Source of the DNA: Pristiophorus japonicus
Taxonomy: Eukaryota
Assembly (NCBI RefSeq): GCF_044704955.1
Contig: NC_091981.1
Coordinates: 287,432,001 to 287,496,000 of the forward strand
Length of the DNA: 64,000 nucleotides
Direction: 5' to 3'
In this document: in pieces, positions 50,795 through 63,535 of the stretch
How the letters are laid out: each line of letters begins with the position of its first letter
How positions within the stretch are numbered: the stretch's first letter is position 1
Position numbers and translations under genes: made by a program
The notes under the pieces: generated by a model
The model's database searches: none
What the model was told of the DNA's origin: nothing
Seen by the model: the letters and a program-made list of their open reading frames with translations, nothing else

Positions 50795-51730
50795 TGAATA
50801 TAATGAGTGTAACGTAGCCAAGTTTGCTGACGATACAAAGATGGGAGGAAAAGCAATGTGTGAGGAGAACACACAAAATCTGCAAAAGGACATAGACAGG
50901 CTAAGTGAGTGGGCAAAAATTTGGCAGATGGAGTATAATGTTGGAAAGTGTGAGGTCATGCACTTAGGCAGAAAAAAATCAAAGAGCAAGTTATTTAAAT
51001 GGAGAAAGATTGCAAAAAGCTACAGTACAGTGGGACCTGCAGGTACTTGTGCATGAAACACAAAAGTTTAGTATGCAGGTACAGTAAGTGATCAGGAATG
51101 CCAATGGAATCTTGGCCTTTATTGCAAAGGGGATGGAGTATAAAAGCAGTGAAGTCTTGCTACAGCTGTACAGGGTATTGGTGAGGCCACACTTGGAATA
51201 CTGCGTGCAGTTTCAGTTTCCATATTTACGAAAGGATCTGCTTGCTTTGGAGGCAGTTCAGAGAAGGTTCACTAGGTTGATTCCAGAGATGAGGGGGTTG
51301 ACTTATGAGGAAAGGTTGAGTAGGTTGGGCCTCTACTCAATGGAATTCAGAAGAATGAGAGGTGATCTTATCGAAACATAATAAGATTATGAGGGGGCTT
51401 GATAAGGATGCAGAGAGGATGTTTCCACTGATGGGGGAGGTTAGAACTAGAGGGCATAATTTTAGAATAAAGGGCTGCCCATTTAAAACTGAGATGAAGA
51501 GAAATTTCTTCTGAGGGTTGAGGATCTGTGAAATTCGCTGCCTCAGAGAGCTGTGGCAGCTGGGTCATTGAATAAATTTAAGACAGAAATAAGACAGTTT
51601 CTTAACCGATAAGGGAATAAGGGGAAGTGGAACTGAATTCATGATCAGATCAGCCATGATCTTATTGAATGGCGGAGCAGGCTCGAGGGGCCATATGACC
51701 TACTCCTGCTCCTATTTCTTATGTTCTTAT
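50795..51730 (+). mobile_element. CR1 LINE 3' fragment
   Basis: KFADDTK region through tail ttcttatgttcttat. Confidence 0.9.
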
Positions 51731-52296
51731 ATGGAACTGAATCATCTATATGAGCGGGAATCTGGGAACAAAAGCATCTAGCAATATTCCGGATTGATTT
51801 TAATCTGCCTTCCTAGTTGCTGGACAAAGGAATTTGATGCTGATTTGTGCTTGGGAATCCATGGATTCAATGCTTGTAATGTTGATATTAAATGAATCGT
51901 TTTATTTCTTTACGAAATGTGAGAGTTCCATCCAAGGATAGGGTGATGCTCAGAGTTGTGTATCCTAATTTTCTATTTAGACCGCCTTAGAATTGGTTGT
52001 CTACACTAATAATCTCCAGTGTGGACCAGAGGAGCCACAGTCATGTTGCTCAGTCTGGTGTGTGTTTACTAAATGATCCTCTATTTTATTTATCTTCTGC
52101 GAGTCGCAGCAGGACCTTGTCTCTTCCTAATACTTGCTACATTGATGATGACGGGATAGTTTGAGGCCTTCTTCAGTTTAAAGAACAAGTTTACGGAAAC
52201 CTCATACATCTTGTTGCTGTGTTTATAGTTGCTGAGAGCATTAAAAATTCTGTTTTACCCATTTAAATCTAATTTACGAATTGCCCACTTTTACAG

Positions 52297-52406
52297 AGTC
52301 AAGTACAATGGAATGCACTGCTGTGACTTTATTTCGCTGATGTGAGTTTGCAGCATATGTTTTACACATCTGTGGACATAGAATTTGGATTTCAAAGAAA
52401 TGGCAG
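52297..52406 (+). other. Predicted exon supplying the start codon (ATG 52400) of copy 2
   Basis: Acceptor cacttttacag; ends gaaATGGCAG|gtgtgt. Confidence 0.65.
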
Positions 52407-53013
52407 GTGTGTATTCAGAATCATCCTGCTACATTTCATGTTCCTGTACAACTGAGAAACATGCTAAACCATTCAGGGTCAACCATGTGGAGAATTATGT
52501 AGTGTGGTACAGGTTGGGTTGGTAGGATTCCTTCCCTGCGGTATTTGGGTTTCAATGGCAGTCTGGCAGCCTTTGTGGTTACTTTCCTGTCAGTCTGCAA
52601 ATCACCAGATTTATTAATGTCACCAGTGCTGTTCATTCAAAGGTGGGGAGGGTTGGCGGCCATGGAGGGATTTGAGAATAGGGATAATTTTATCAAGGCA
52701 TTGTCAGAGCGGAAGCCAGTGTAGGTCAGTGAGCATGTGTGATGGGTGAATGGCCCGGGGTGGGAGTTCGGGGGGGCTGGGGCCCCCCCGGGTGGGAGTT
52801 AGGATACGAACGGCAGAATTTTGGATGAGTTGAAGTTTAGAAGGTGGGAAATGGGAGGCTGGCTAGGAGAGCATTGGAATAGTAGATTCAAGAAGTAATG
52901 AAATCAGGTTTTCCACAGCAGATGAACTGAGGCAGAGGCAGAGGCGGAGACGGGCAATGTTCATCTCGGTGTCAAATAGCGAACAAGGTTGCCAACAGTC
53001 TGGTTTAGCCTGC

Positions 53014-53158
53014 AACAGGGGCTAGGCCAGGGGTTCTCAACAGGGGCTAGGGCAGGGGTTCTCAACAGGGGCTAGGGCAGAGGTTCTCAACAGGGGTTCC
53101 CAACAGGGGCTAGGGCAGGGGTTCACAACAGGGGCTAGGGCAGGGGTTCTCAACAGGG
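53014..53158 (+). repeat. 25-bp tandem array built from the hAT TSD plus left TIR
   Basis: aacaggggctagggcaggggttctc x5 plus one partial unit. Confidence 0.92.
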
Positions 53159-53392
53159 AACGGTGAGGTGTCGAGGCGTCCACCAAAAGTAAGCATAGAA
53201 TGTGTAGGAAGGAAAGTAAATCTTCGTCCGTGTTTATTACGTACCGAGTGTGCAGAAGTCTGAGGTTATGTAATACATTCTTGCTTTATGTTAAGGGTCG
53301 TAGAACTGTTTCAGCAGGAGCAAGATAAATGACAAAACAGGAAAAGTTGTTGTAAATACCAGATATGGATAAATGTTTGATTTGACCATCAG

Positions 53393-55269
53393 CCTCAGAA
53401 CAACAACACCCACAGAGCGATGAGACAGAACTTCCTTCAAGTTCAATCTCAAGGATTGAAGAATGCCGAGGAGGTGGAGGTGTGCGCAAAAAGCTTAAAG
53501 TTTCAAGAACAAGGAGATACCAAGACAGCTACTTGAATTTTGGTTTTATTTGTAATAGAAGTGGATACACACCTCAACCGCAGTGTGTAATTTGTGCACA
53601 AGTACTGGCCAATGAATCGATGAAACCCTCCAAATTACAGAGACATTTAATTACCAAGCATCAAATGTACAAGGACAAACACCGTGCCTTTTTTGAGCGA
53701 AAGGCTAAGGAACTGCCGGGAACTACTGAAGTAGTAACGAAATCCACACCTACCGCTGATAAAAAGCTTGTCTCATCCTACTTAGTGGCGCAGCAGATTG
53801 CGAAAGCAAAAAGACCCTATACGGTTGCTGAGGAGCTGATAATGCCGTGTGCCATTGCAATCGTAAGGGAAATGTTTGGAGAACAGGAGGCCCGGGAACT
53901 GGAAAAAATACCAATGTCAGACGACACTATCAAACGGCGGATTGGTTCAATGTCAGAAGACATAGTTTTGCAGTGCATCGATCGGCTGCGTGACAATGAC
54001 TTTGCTCTACAGCTTGATGTGACCACAGACTTTTCTAAAAGGTCGCATTTACTCGTCTATGTTCGCTATGTGTGGAATAAGGAAATAAAGGAAGACTTTT
54101 TGTTTAGCAAAGAGCTCAAGATAACAAAGTCAGAAGATATTTTCACATTGTTGGATGATTTCATGACTTCAGCAGAAATCAGCTGGACAAACTGCATTGG
54201 GGTGTGCACTGATGGGGCTGCAGCAATGACTGGAAAGCATTCGAGTGTTGTGCAAAAGATCAAAGCCACTTCACCTGGCGCTATTTGGACACATTGCTTT
54301 TTACACCGAGAGGCCCTTGCTGCGAAAGATATTGAGCCGGGTCTTCACGGTGTTCTCAACACTGCAGTGACTCTTGTTAATTTTATCAAGTCCAGAGCAA
54401 GGAACTCCAGGTGTTTTGTTGCACTTTGTGAGGAGGTGGGTGCAGAGCACAATTCCTTGCTCATGCATACAAAGGCGAGGTGGCTCTCTCGAGGCAGAAT
54501 GCTTACCCGTATATTTCATCTCAGGGGAGATGTTCACATTTTCTTAGCTGACAAGAAACCTGAACTTGCCGAGGTGCTGAAAGATGACGTGTGGCTGGCT
54601 AAACTGGCTTACCTCGCAGACATGTTCAGTGAAATGAATAAGCTAAATAAAGCTATGCAAGTTGAGAACACTCATTTTTTTGCCCAGCGTGGAAGAATTG
54701 ACGCATTCAAAGGGAAACTGCAAGTGTGGAAGGTTCTTATCTCTGGGGGCACTGCAGATATGTTTGAGCTCCTGCATTCTTTCATTCAAGAAAGAAAAGT
54801 TAACTTTGACGCCATCAAACCACAGCTGGTAGCGCATCTTTCTGGTCTGCTCAACAAATTCAATAATTATTTCCCAGAACTCACGACGGAACAATCTGCT
54901 GCATACCTGTGGGCTACAAACCCCTTTAGTGAGAATATTGAAGCGAAACTCCTAACCTCTGTCCCACCAAAGTTATTGGAAGAGCTCATTGACATTTCAT
55001 CCGACAGCTTCCTCAGAACCAAGTTCAGTGAATTGCCGCTGGAGACATTTTGGTGTGAATGCTCCGACGAATACAGGACTGCTTCTTCTGCAGCACTGAA
55101 AGTGTTGCTCCCATTTAGTACAACCTACTTCTGCGATGTTGGAGTTTCAGCAATGACGTTGATGAAAACTAAGAACAGGGTGAACATCGACCATGAAATG
55201 CGCGTGTGCTTGTCGAAGATACCTCCTCGCCTTGACAGAATTGTTGCTCAGCACCAGGTTTCACATTAA
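53393..55269 (+). CDS. hAT (Buster/Charlie) transposase-derived BED-finger protein, copy 2 main coding exon
   Basis: Uninterrupted ORF (track 53482-55269, 595 aa; open back to 53386); same motifs as copy 1; 5' boundary is a predicted acceptor. Confidence 0.9.
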
Positions 55270-55402
55270 GTGGGTAAAACAAAAATATTAAAGATATAAA
55301 CTTAACTGCATAACACATTTTTTACAGAAAAAAAGCTTGTATTGTGTTACATTGTTGTTGATCGAGTTTTTATAACACGGGAGAAGGGGGTCTCATGCAG
55401 CA

Positions 55403-55418
55403 AGGTTGAGATCCCCTG
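55403..55418 (-). mobile_element. Right TIR of the hAT element, copy 2
   Basis: aggttgagatcccctg (reverse complement caggggatctcaacct) followed by ggcTAtgt, a 6/8 match to the left TSD. Confidence 0.85.
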
Positions 55419-55497
55419 GGCTATGTATTGACATGGCAGCAACAATGGCACTTAATGTTACCAATTAATATTGCGTGATGATCTTAATTCATCACAT

Positions 55498-56760
55498 TAA
55501 GAACATAAGAAGTAGGAGCAGGAGTAGGCCATACGGCCCCTCGAGCCTGTTCCGCCATTCGATAAGATCATATCTGATCATGGACTCAGCTCCACTTCCC
55601 TGCCCGCTCCCCAAAACCCCTTATTCCCTTATCGTTTAAGAAACTGTCTGAATAAATTTAAGACAGAAACAATGTCCCAGCTTCCACAGCTCTCTGAGGC
55701 AGCGAATTCCATAGATTTACAACCCTGAGAAGAAATTTCTCCTCATCTCTGTTTTAAATGGCCGACCCCTTATTCTAAGATTATGGGCCCAAGTTTCGGC
55801 ATCTGGTGAAAACGGCGCACCTCCGAGACTTACGTGACCTGCCTGGGCTCGAAGGTGCACTGGAATACACTGCAGCAATTCTCCGGTCCTACTGGACCGT
55901 GGCGTGGTGCAGCGTAGTCTCCTTGGGGCGGAGCAAGCCGATCGCAGCCTGCAGGGGGGCGGGGCTAAGGATCATGCCGCCTTGTCAGTGCCGGCAGCGT
56001 TGCGCAGATGCGTTGGAGCATGCGCGCCTGCGCAATGGCTCGGGGAAGCGTGGATGGGTAGGGGGGCGCGGGGGGTGCGTGGCTACCGGATTAGCCAACC
56101 CCCAACCCCGATAACTTTTATCTTGTACCGTAACCTTTTATGTGGCACCTTGTCAAATGCCTGCTGGGAGTCCAAATACACCATATCCACTGGTTTCCCT
56201 TTATCCACCCTGTTCGTTACATCCACAAAGCACTCCAGCAAATTTGTCAAACATGACATCCCCTTAATAAATCCATGCTGGCTCTGCCTGACCTAATTTT
56301 GCTGCTTCTTTTAATAATGGACTTCCAACACATAACCACAGATGTTAGGCTAACTGATCTATAGTTTCCTGCTTTTTGTCTTCCTCCTTTCTTAAATAGG
56401 CGTGTTACATTTGCAGTTTTACAATCTGCTGGGACCTCCCCAGAATCCAGGGAATTTTGGTAAATTACAACCAAACCAATGCATCCACAATACCTGTCGC
56501 TACTTCTCTTAAGACCCTAGGATGTAAGCCATCAGGTCCAGGGGATTTTATCTGCCTTTAGTCCCAATATCTTACTGAGTACCACCTTAGTGATTGTGAT
56601 TGTGTCAAGTTCCTCCCCTTTCCCCCCCCCCCCCCCTCCCCCCGACTATCCACTGTCAGAATATTGTTAGTGTCCTCTACCGTAAAGACTGATAGAAATT
56701 CTGAACAAATATTTTGTGCCATCTTCATGTTCCCATTACTAATTCCCTGGTCTCGTCCTC
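55498..56760 (-). mobile_element. CR1 fragments around a GC-rich MITE-like piece (~55785-56090)
   Basis: CR1 tail at 55498-55783; RT fragment ORF 56247-56474. Confidence 0.75.
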
Positions 56761-56866
56761 TAAGGGATGGAGGGAGGGAGGCGGGTGGAGTCCAGTGCGT
56801 GCATGCGCAGAAGGACACACAAAAAACTTGAAAATTATCACTTTGTTTATTTTTCTTCCCTTGCAG

Positions 56867-57217
56867 GTATATCAATTGAAATACTGTCGGCAGGATAGCT
56901 CACTACTGGAGCTAAGACTGACTGTGAACGTCCCCTCCCCCACCATCCAATTTGGGTCATAAACTGTTGTGTTGTGTAATGAAGTGGAAGACTGTCGTGA
57001 TCAATCTGAAGCTCTACATCTAGTCATGGATCAAGTTGTGGTGGCAAGAAACGAGAGGCATTCAGACAGTGTAGAGGGGAGCTTGGGGCTGTGTCCTAGT
57101 ACCAGTGGGAGGAAGGCGTGGACTCTTCAACCAGGAAAGGAGGCACCTAACATCACCTGAGGTGTACAGTTAAAAGGAATGGAAATTGCATTTCTGTAAT
57201 ACTGCAAATCCTGAGTA
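56867..57217 (+). other. Duplicated downstream exon-like block, copy 2
   Basis: Acceptor tttttcttcccttgcag; paralog of 43335-43680; internal TAA. Confidence 0.6.
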
Positions 57218-58644
57218 GGGATTTCATGGCCTTCTGTGGGAGAGGGAGAGGGAGAGACTGGGGAGGGGGATATGAAGGACCTATTTCCCTAACAGAGAGG
57301 TCAATAACCAAGGGGCATAGATTTAAAGTAATTGGTAGAAGGATTGGAGGGAATTTTTATTTCACCCAGAGGGTGGTGGGGGTCTGGAACTCTCACCACA
57401 TTTAAAAAGTACTTGGATGTGCACTTGAAGTGCTGTAACCTACAGGGCTATGGACCAAGAGCTGGAAAGTGGGATTAGGCTGGATATCTTTTTCAGCTGG
57501 CACAGACACGATGTGCTGAATGGCGTCGTTCTCTGCTGTAAATTTCTATGATTCTAATCACTTGGCTCCTCCAGACCTTATCACGCTTGTCATTCAGATA
57601 TGGATGGAAGAGCTGAATGCCAGAGAGGAGGTGTGAGCAGCTGCCATTAACATTAATGCGTTGATTGACCAACTGTTGCAACAAGAAGCTCCTGCAAAGT
57701 AGAAGCAAGATAGGGTCAAAGGGAAAAGCCTCCAGTGGTTGAGGTCATACCTCACAGAAAGGAAGATGGTTATGGTTCTTGGAGGCCAGCCATCATAGCC
57801 CCAGGAATCTCTCTGGGAATGGGACCATCCTCGGCCCAGCCATCTTCAGCTGCTTTATCAATGATCTTCCCTCTGTCGTAATGATATATAATTTTATTTT
57901 GTATCATGTATGAAGCGCCTAATGCAGTTTTATTTTATATTTGCTTACATAATTAGAGCTAGCACATCACGCCTGAGCTCTCTGACTTAGATTAAACAAC
58001 GCCTCGATTTCTTAATTCTCATCATTGTTTTCAAATTCCTGTCTGGTCTATCTCTAGAGAAGAGGATTCTGCCAATGTAGCAGTGAAGGCGGAGGCAGTA
58101 GCGATATTGGATAAAGAGGATGTACTTGGGGTTGGCAGTCCTCAAAGTAGAAAAATCACCTGGTCCGGATTGGATGTACCCTAGGTTACTGAGGGAAGTA
58201 ACGGTGGAAATTGCAGAGGCTCTAGCCACAATCTTCCAATCCTTGCATATGGAGGTGGTCCCAGAGGACTAAAGGATTGCAAATGTTGTACCTCTGTTTT
58301 AAAAAAAAAAGGAGAGAGTGAGAAATGAATCCGGCATCTACAGGCCAGTCAGCCTAACATTGGTGGTAGGAAAACTTTTAGACAATTCTGGACAAAGTTA
58401 ATTGGCATTTGGAAAAGTGCTGAAATGGGCAAAAACATGGCAAATGAAATTTAACACACAAAAGTGGAAAGTGAATCATTTTAGTCGGAAGAATGAGGAA
58501 AGGCATTATGAACGAAATGGTACAATTGTAAAGGGGGTGCAGGAACAGAGGGATTTGTATGTACACAAATCCTTGAAGTTAGCAGGACAAGTTGAGAAAG
58601 CTGTTATAAAAGCATTAAATATCCTCTGCTTTATAAACAGGCAA

Positions 58645-59053
58645 CGGCTGGAATTTTCCGGTGGGGGAGGTCCGAGGTGGGCTGGAAACCCAGGATGCTG
58701 GGATTCCCGCAGGCCCTGCCAACTTTACTGGCAGTGTCTTAATTTGAGAGGCTGGCTGGCTGCAGGTGGGTAGGCCTCGGTTGCGAGGGGTCAGTCGTAA
58801 CGGGGGGGGGGCAAGAGGGTAAAGAATTAGGATGTGGTCGGCACAATTGGCTGGAGGGGGGGGTAGTTGGCAATTGGGGGAGGGGAAAGAGAGGATCAGC
58901 CGGAGGAGTTGCAGGATCACCAGCGGATCAGGGATTGTGGAGGGGCGGGGGTAACTGGGGATTGCAGGGGCGGGATCAGGTCAGGATTCATATTTTTAAC
59001 GATTTAACTTGCCCCACGCTCCAAACCCACCCGTTTAGGGGAAAATTACCGCC
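58645..59053. mobile_element. MITE-like element inside a decayed CR1
   Basis: Terminal inverted repeats ggctggaattttcc and ggaaaattaccgcc. Confidence 0.55.
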
Positions 59054-59199
59054 ACAGAGCACTAGTCAGGCCTGCAGGAAGAACGCATTTAACTTGAAGT
59101 AAGCTGACAATTAAAGCTGCCAGCAGGAACGAAATGCAGGAAGAAATGACTCAAACAGAGACACGGACACGATTGATTGACTTTATCAGACTACACAAT

Positions 59200-59450
59200 G
59201 ACATTTGTTGGACCTCGGCCATCAGCCGCCTGTAGAGCTGCTTTGTTGCTCCCGAATTGGATTGCTGCATTAAGTTCAGAAATGCCTTGAGCTTGCGGCT
59301 TATTAGCTCCTGGATCTCCAGGTTGTTCTCATCAAACCAGTCTTGGGTGTTTCCTGGTTGAGTGACCAAGCGCCTCTTCGCAGGCGCTGGTTATGGAAGC
59401 CTTGAGGGCAGACCAATCGCTGTGGGCACTCTGCGTCTCGGGATTTGTTT
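59200..59450 (-). mobile_element. RTE internal fragment
   Basis: QDWFDENNLEIQELISRK motif. Confidence 0.75.
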
Positions 59451-60448
59451 CAATCTAAAGGACTGCTTGTCAATTCACCTCCCCTGGTGAGGCTGTTGGC
59501 AAAACAGGACAGGTAATGACCACAGCCCCACCAAGTCTGGAGTGGTCGCCTCATCCTTTTGAAATACCAATGGCAACCTTGTTGCAGGAGTGAAAAACCC
59601 ATTATGGATCTGAAACTCCCCATCAAAAACACTGATAATGGTGGAACATCGATCAGAAGGAGGACATTTCTTTGAGTGACAATGAACTATTCGCTGACTC
59701 AGGATGGGGAAGTGATCAAATGGTACATTAAAAGGAGGGATTGTGTCATTATTGTCACGGGTAGGACCTTTGTGTTTTAAAAGGAGTGTGTTTAGGGACA
59801 ACCCTTAGCAGCTTGCAAGGGAACTTCGGGCTGAGTTGGGCAATCGCACATATGGAAACATGCTCTGAATGACCATGGGAGTGAGTAGTGCTTGAAGTTA
59901 GAGAGTTACAGTTCGAAGTTAAAGAGAACAGTGCAGTGATGTTTGTTATCTGTAGTATAATAAACAGTTAAAAGAATACTGAGTCGTGAACCTTGACTGT
60001 TTTATCCCATCCGGACAGCTTCAGGTTGGATTCTGGAGTTGGAGAAAAGAGAAAGGTGTGGATTCACCTACCTAAAGCACAACTGCAAGGAAGTTATGCT
60101 AAACCTTTATATAACACTAGTTTGGCCCCTGGCTGGAGTATTGTCCAATTCTGGGTACCACACTTTTTAAGAAGGATGCAGAAGAGATTTACATGAATGG
60201 TACCGGGGATAGGGGACTTCAGTTACGTGGATAGACTAGAGAAATTGGGGTTATTGTCATTAGAGCAGAGACTAATGAGGGGAGATTTGATGGAGGTATT
60301 CAAAATCGTGAAGGATTTTAATAGAGTAAATAAGGAGAAACTGTTTCCATTGGCAGATGGGTCAGTAACCAGAGGATGCAGATTTATGGTGATTGGCGAC
60401 ATGAGGAGAAATGTTTTTATAGAGTTATTATGGGCCGGAATGCACTTA

Positions 60449-60877
60449 CAGATATGGCGTCCTAAATCCAGAAGCCTCGGGACTGAGGCTGTTCCGGATT
60501 TTGGAAAGTCTCTCCGATGTCCCGAATCCAGAAATGCGGTATAAGCAAGATAAGGGGGGGGGGGGGGGGGGGAATGCATGCATAGCAGTAAAATCACTAA
60601 ACTGTTTCAGACAGAGTTCAATCCTAGACCTATATATTATGTCTCTCTGTAACAGGCGGACAACTGATGTCAACAGTACTGCACAAATAATTCAATCCAT
60701 TGTTTCTGTAATTATACTCTTGTCACTGCCTACAATAGTTACTACCAAGCGAAATGGGGGTCCGGGCAAGGGGCAGGTTCAGATTTTGGAACATTTTCCG
60801 GATTCTGGACAACCTCGCCACGGATCGGTCTGGATTCAGGGACATTTCGGAACTCCGGATTTCAGACGCTCAACCTG
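60449..60877. mobile_element. Tc1/mariner (pogo/Tigger-like) MITE inserted in a CR1 tail
   Basis: TA duplicated at 60447-48 and 60878-79; termini cagatatggcgtcctaaatcc and ggatttcagacgctcaacctg; CR1 ggaatgcact|cctgaaagg rejoins across it. Confidence 0.75.
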
Positions 60878-61201
60878 TACCTGAAAGGGTTGTGGAAGCA
60901 GACTCAATAATCACTTTCAAAAGAAAATTGGATAATTGTTTGAAGGGGGAAAATTTGCACAGCTTTGGGGAATGAGTAATGGGAGTGTGACTAATTGGAC
61001 AGCACCTTGCACAACGTTCCAAAGTACCTCACAGCCAATGAAGTACTTTTTGAATACTGATGTAATGTGGGAAACGCGAAAGCCAGTTTGTGCACAGCAG
61101 GCTCCCACAAGCAGCAAACAGCCAGCTCAGGCATGATGGGCCAAATAGCCTCTGCTGTATCATTCTATGATAATTGCAAGTTGTTGAGATTTTTTTCTGT
61201 A

Positions 61202-61930
61202 TGTAGAATGATCTATATAGAAAAGCAGATGTCTTTCTTTAGATTTGTACGGTCTGTAAGAAAACACCATCTTCTGCTATAAGTTTGCTGTAACTGCTAT
61301 AACTTGGCCAAACTTAAAAGTTGACCAAATTTTATATACCATCATGCTTTGCGAGACCAGGAGGCTAGTTGCTGTGAAACTCTAATTAAAAGAAACTGCT
61401 AAACACTGCAAAAGCTGCCTTTCTCTCAGATAAAAGGAGTGACCTCGGACAAAAACAGACGGTTGGGCTATCCCGAGGAATTGATAAGACCATCTGTGGA
61501 CAATTTAATGAACTGACTTTTTAACTGAAAAAAAACTGCCAGTCTAATTTTAAATGTACAAAGTGGGCAAGTTGCCAAGCTTTTTGGTATAACCCATGCT
61601 GCGAAAAGACAGACTACAATCAAGAGAGAGGGCAACTTGGTCAGTTGTCAGTTAAAATCATACGTCCAAGCCATCAACGAACCAACCACTCACTGGTGTT
61701 GGCATATTTGCTGCTTATCACTTGATCTGAAAGTAAGGGGATATTGCTGTGTGCTGAAGTATAATCAGGAGTATTATATGGTACAGTTGTGTGTGAACTT
61801 ATTTGTAGTTCCCTGCTGTCTTTAAGTAAAATAAGTTTTATTTCACAAATCCATTGTCTTGTGTTTGTTCTATGGTTCTGAACTTTGGAAACTGTTGGAC
61901 GGGGCAAGATGCGATTTCCGCATTCCTACA
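61202..61930 (+). mobile_element. LTR-like segment, unclassified
   Basis: Inverted termini tgtagaatg...cattcctaca; agtaaa/aataa poly(A)-like signal near 61825; no TSD. Confidence 0.45.
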
Positions 61931-61994
61931 GGCGGAGCAAGGGGTCTACACGACACGGAGATTTCCTCTGTTCCTGTGTTGATGCATCAATTTC

Positions 61995-62640
61995 TCTTAG
62001 AATCCTAGATGTTTACGGCACAGAAGGAGGCCATTCAGCCCATCGTGTATATACCGGCCAAAAAGAGCTATCCAGCCTAATCACACTTTCCAGCTCTTGG
62101 TCCGTAACCCTGCAGGTTATGGCACTTCAAGTGCACATCCAAGTACTTTTTAAATGTGGTGAGGGTTCCTGCGTCTACCACCCTTTTAGGCAGTGAGTTT
62201 CAGACCCCCACCACCCTCTGGGTGAAAATATTTCCTCTCAAATCCCCTCTAAACCTCTTGCCAGTTACTTTAAATCTATGCCGTCTTGTTGTTGACCCAT
62301 CTGCTAAGGGAAATAGGTCCTTCCCATCTACTCTATCTAGGCACCTCATAATTTTATACACCTCAATAAGGTCTCTCCTCACACTCTGTTCCAAAGGAAA
62401 CGACCCCAGCCTTTTTTTCTTCATATCTAGAATTCTCCAGTCCAGGCAACATCCTTGTAAATCTCCTCTGCACCCTCTCTAGTGCAATCACATCTTTCCT
62501 ATAATGTGACCAGAACTGTACCTAACTAGTGTTTTATACAGTTCAAGCATAACCTCCCTGCTCTTGTATTCTATGCCTCGGCTAATAAAGGCAAGTATGT
62601 CTTAACCACCTTATCTACAGGGCCTGCTATCTTCAGGGGT
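61995..62640 (-). mobile_element. CR1 3' fragment
   Basis: ORF 62200-62424 plus tail. Confidence 0.85.
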
Positions 62641-62644
62641 CTAC

Positions 62645-63535
62645 AGTTGCCAAAGGCTGAACTGGCACACTGAAGGTGGTGCTGGACCTCGTTATCGATG
62701 TCTGCCCTTGTTGACGGTAGGTTCCTGAGGTATGGAAAATGGTCCATGTTGTCCAATAACTTGGGGGGGGGGGGGGGGGCAAAGCTGTGTGACGGGGAAG
62801 GTTAGTAGAAGATCTTTGTCTTACAGATGTTTAGTGTAAGGCCCATGGTCTCATACGCCTAGGTGAAGGTGTTGACAATGGCTTGGAGTTTTGCCTCCGA
62901 GTGTGCGCAGACGCAAGCATCATCTGCGTACTGTAGTATGATAATGATGAGGAAGAGAGCGAAGACCAGCACCTCAAAGTTGGCAACAAACTCATGGTCA
63001 ACTGAGCAGTAGTTATACCCGCCCTCGTTTTTGGTTCCGAGACATGGACTATGTACAGCAGGCACCATAAAACACTGGAGAAGTACCACCAACGTTGCCT
63101 CTGCAAGATCCTGAAAATCCATTGGCAGGATAGGCGCACCAACGTCCGTGTTCTCGCTCAGGTCAACATCCCCAGCATCGAAGCATTGGCCACAATCAGC
63201 TCCGCTGGACGGGCCACTTTGTCCACATGCCTGACACGAGACTCCCAAAGCAAGCGGTCTACTCTGAACTCCTGCATGGCAAACTAACCCCAGGTGGGCA
63301 GAGGAAACGCTTCAAGGACACCCTCAAAGCCTCCTTGGAAAAAGTGCAACATCCCCATCGACACTTGGGAATCCCTGGTCCAAGACCGCTCAAAGTAGAG
63401 GAAGTGCATCTGGGAGGGCGCTGAGCACCTCGAGTTTTATTGCTGAGACTGTAGGTCCTGCGGTGGACTCTTCAGTCACCTGAGAACTAATTTTTAGTGT
63501 GGAAGCAAGTCATCCTCGATTCCGAGGGACTACCG
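62645..63535. mobile_element. RTE LINE with inverted 5' segment
   Basis: 62645-62938 is minus (QYADDA...CASSAFG); ~62960-63535 is plus and continues the same protein region. Confidence 0.8.

Noticed and set aside
53014-53158. CRISPR-like appearance of the 25-bp array
   Set aside because: Head-to-tail repeats with no unique spacers, no cas genes, and vertebrate context.
32725-57217. Duplication as an uncollapsed-haplotype artefact
   Set aside because: The units differ by many kilobase-scale insertions and clearly diverged non-coding blocks, more than expected of alleles.
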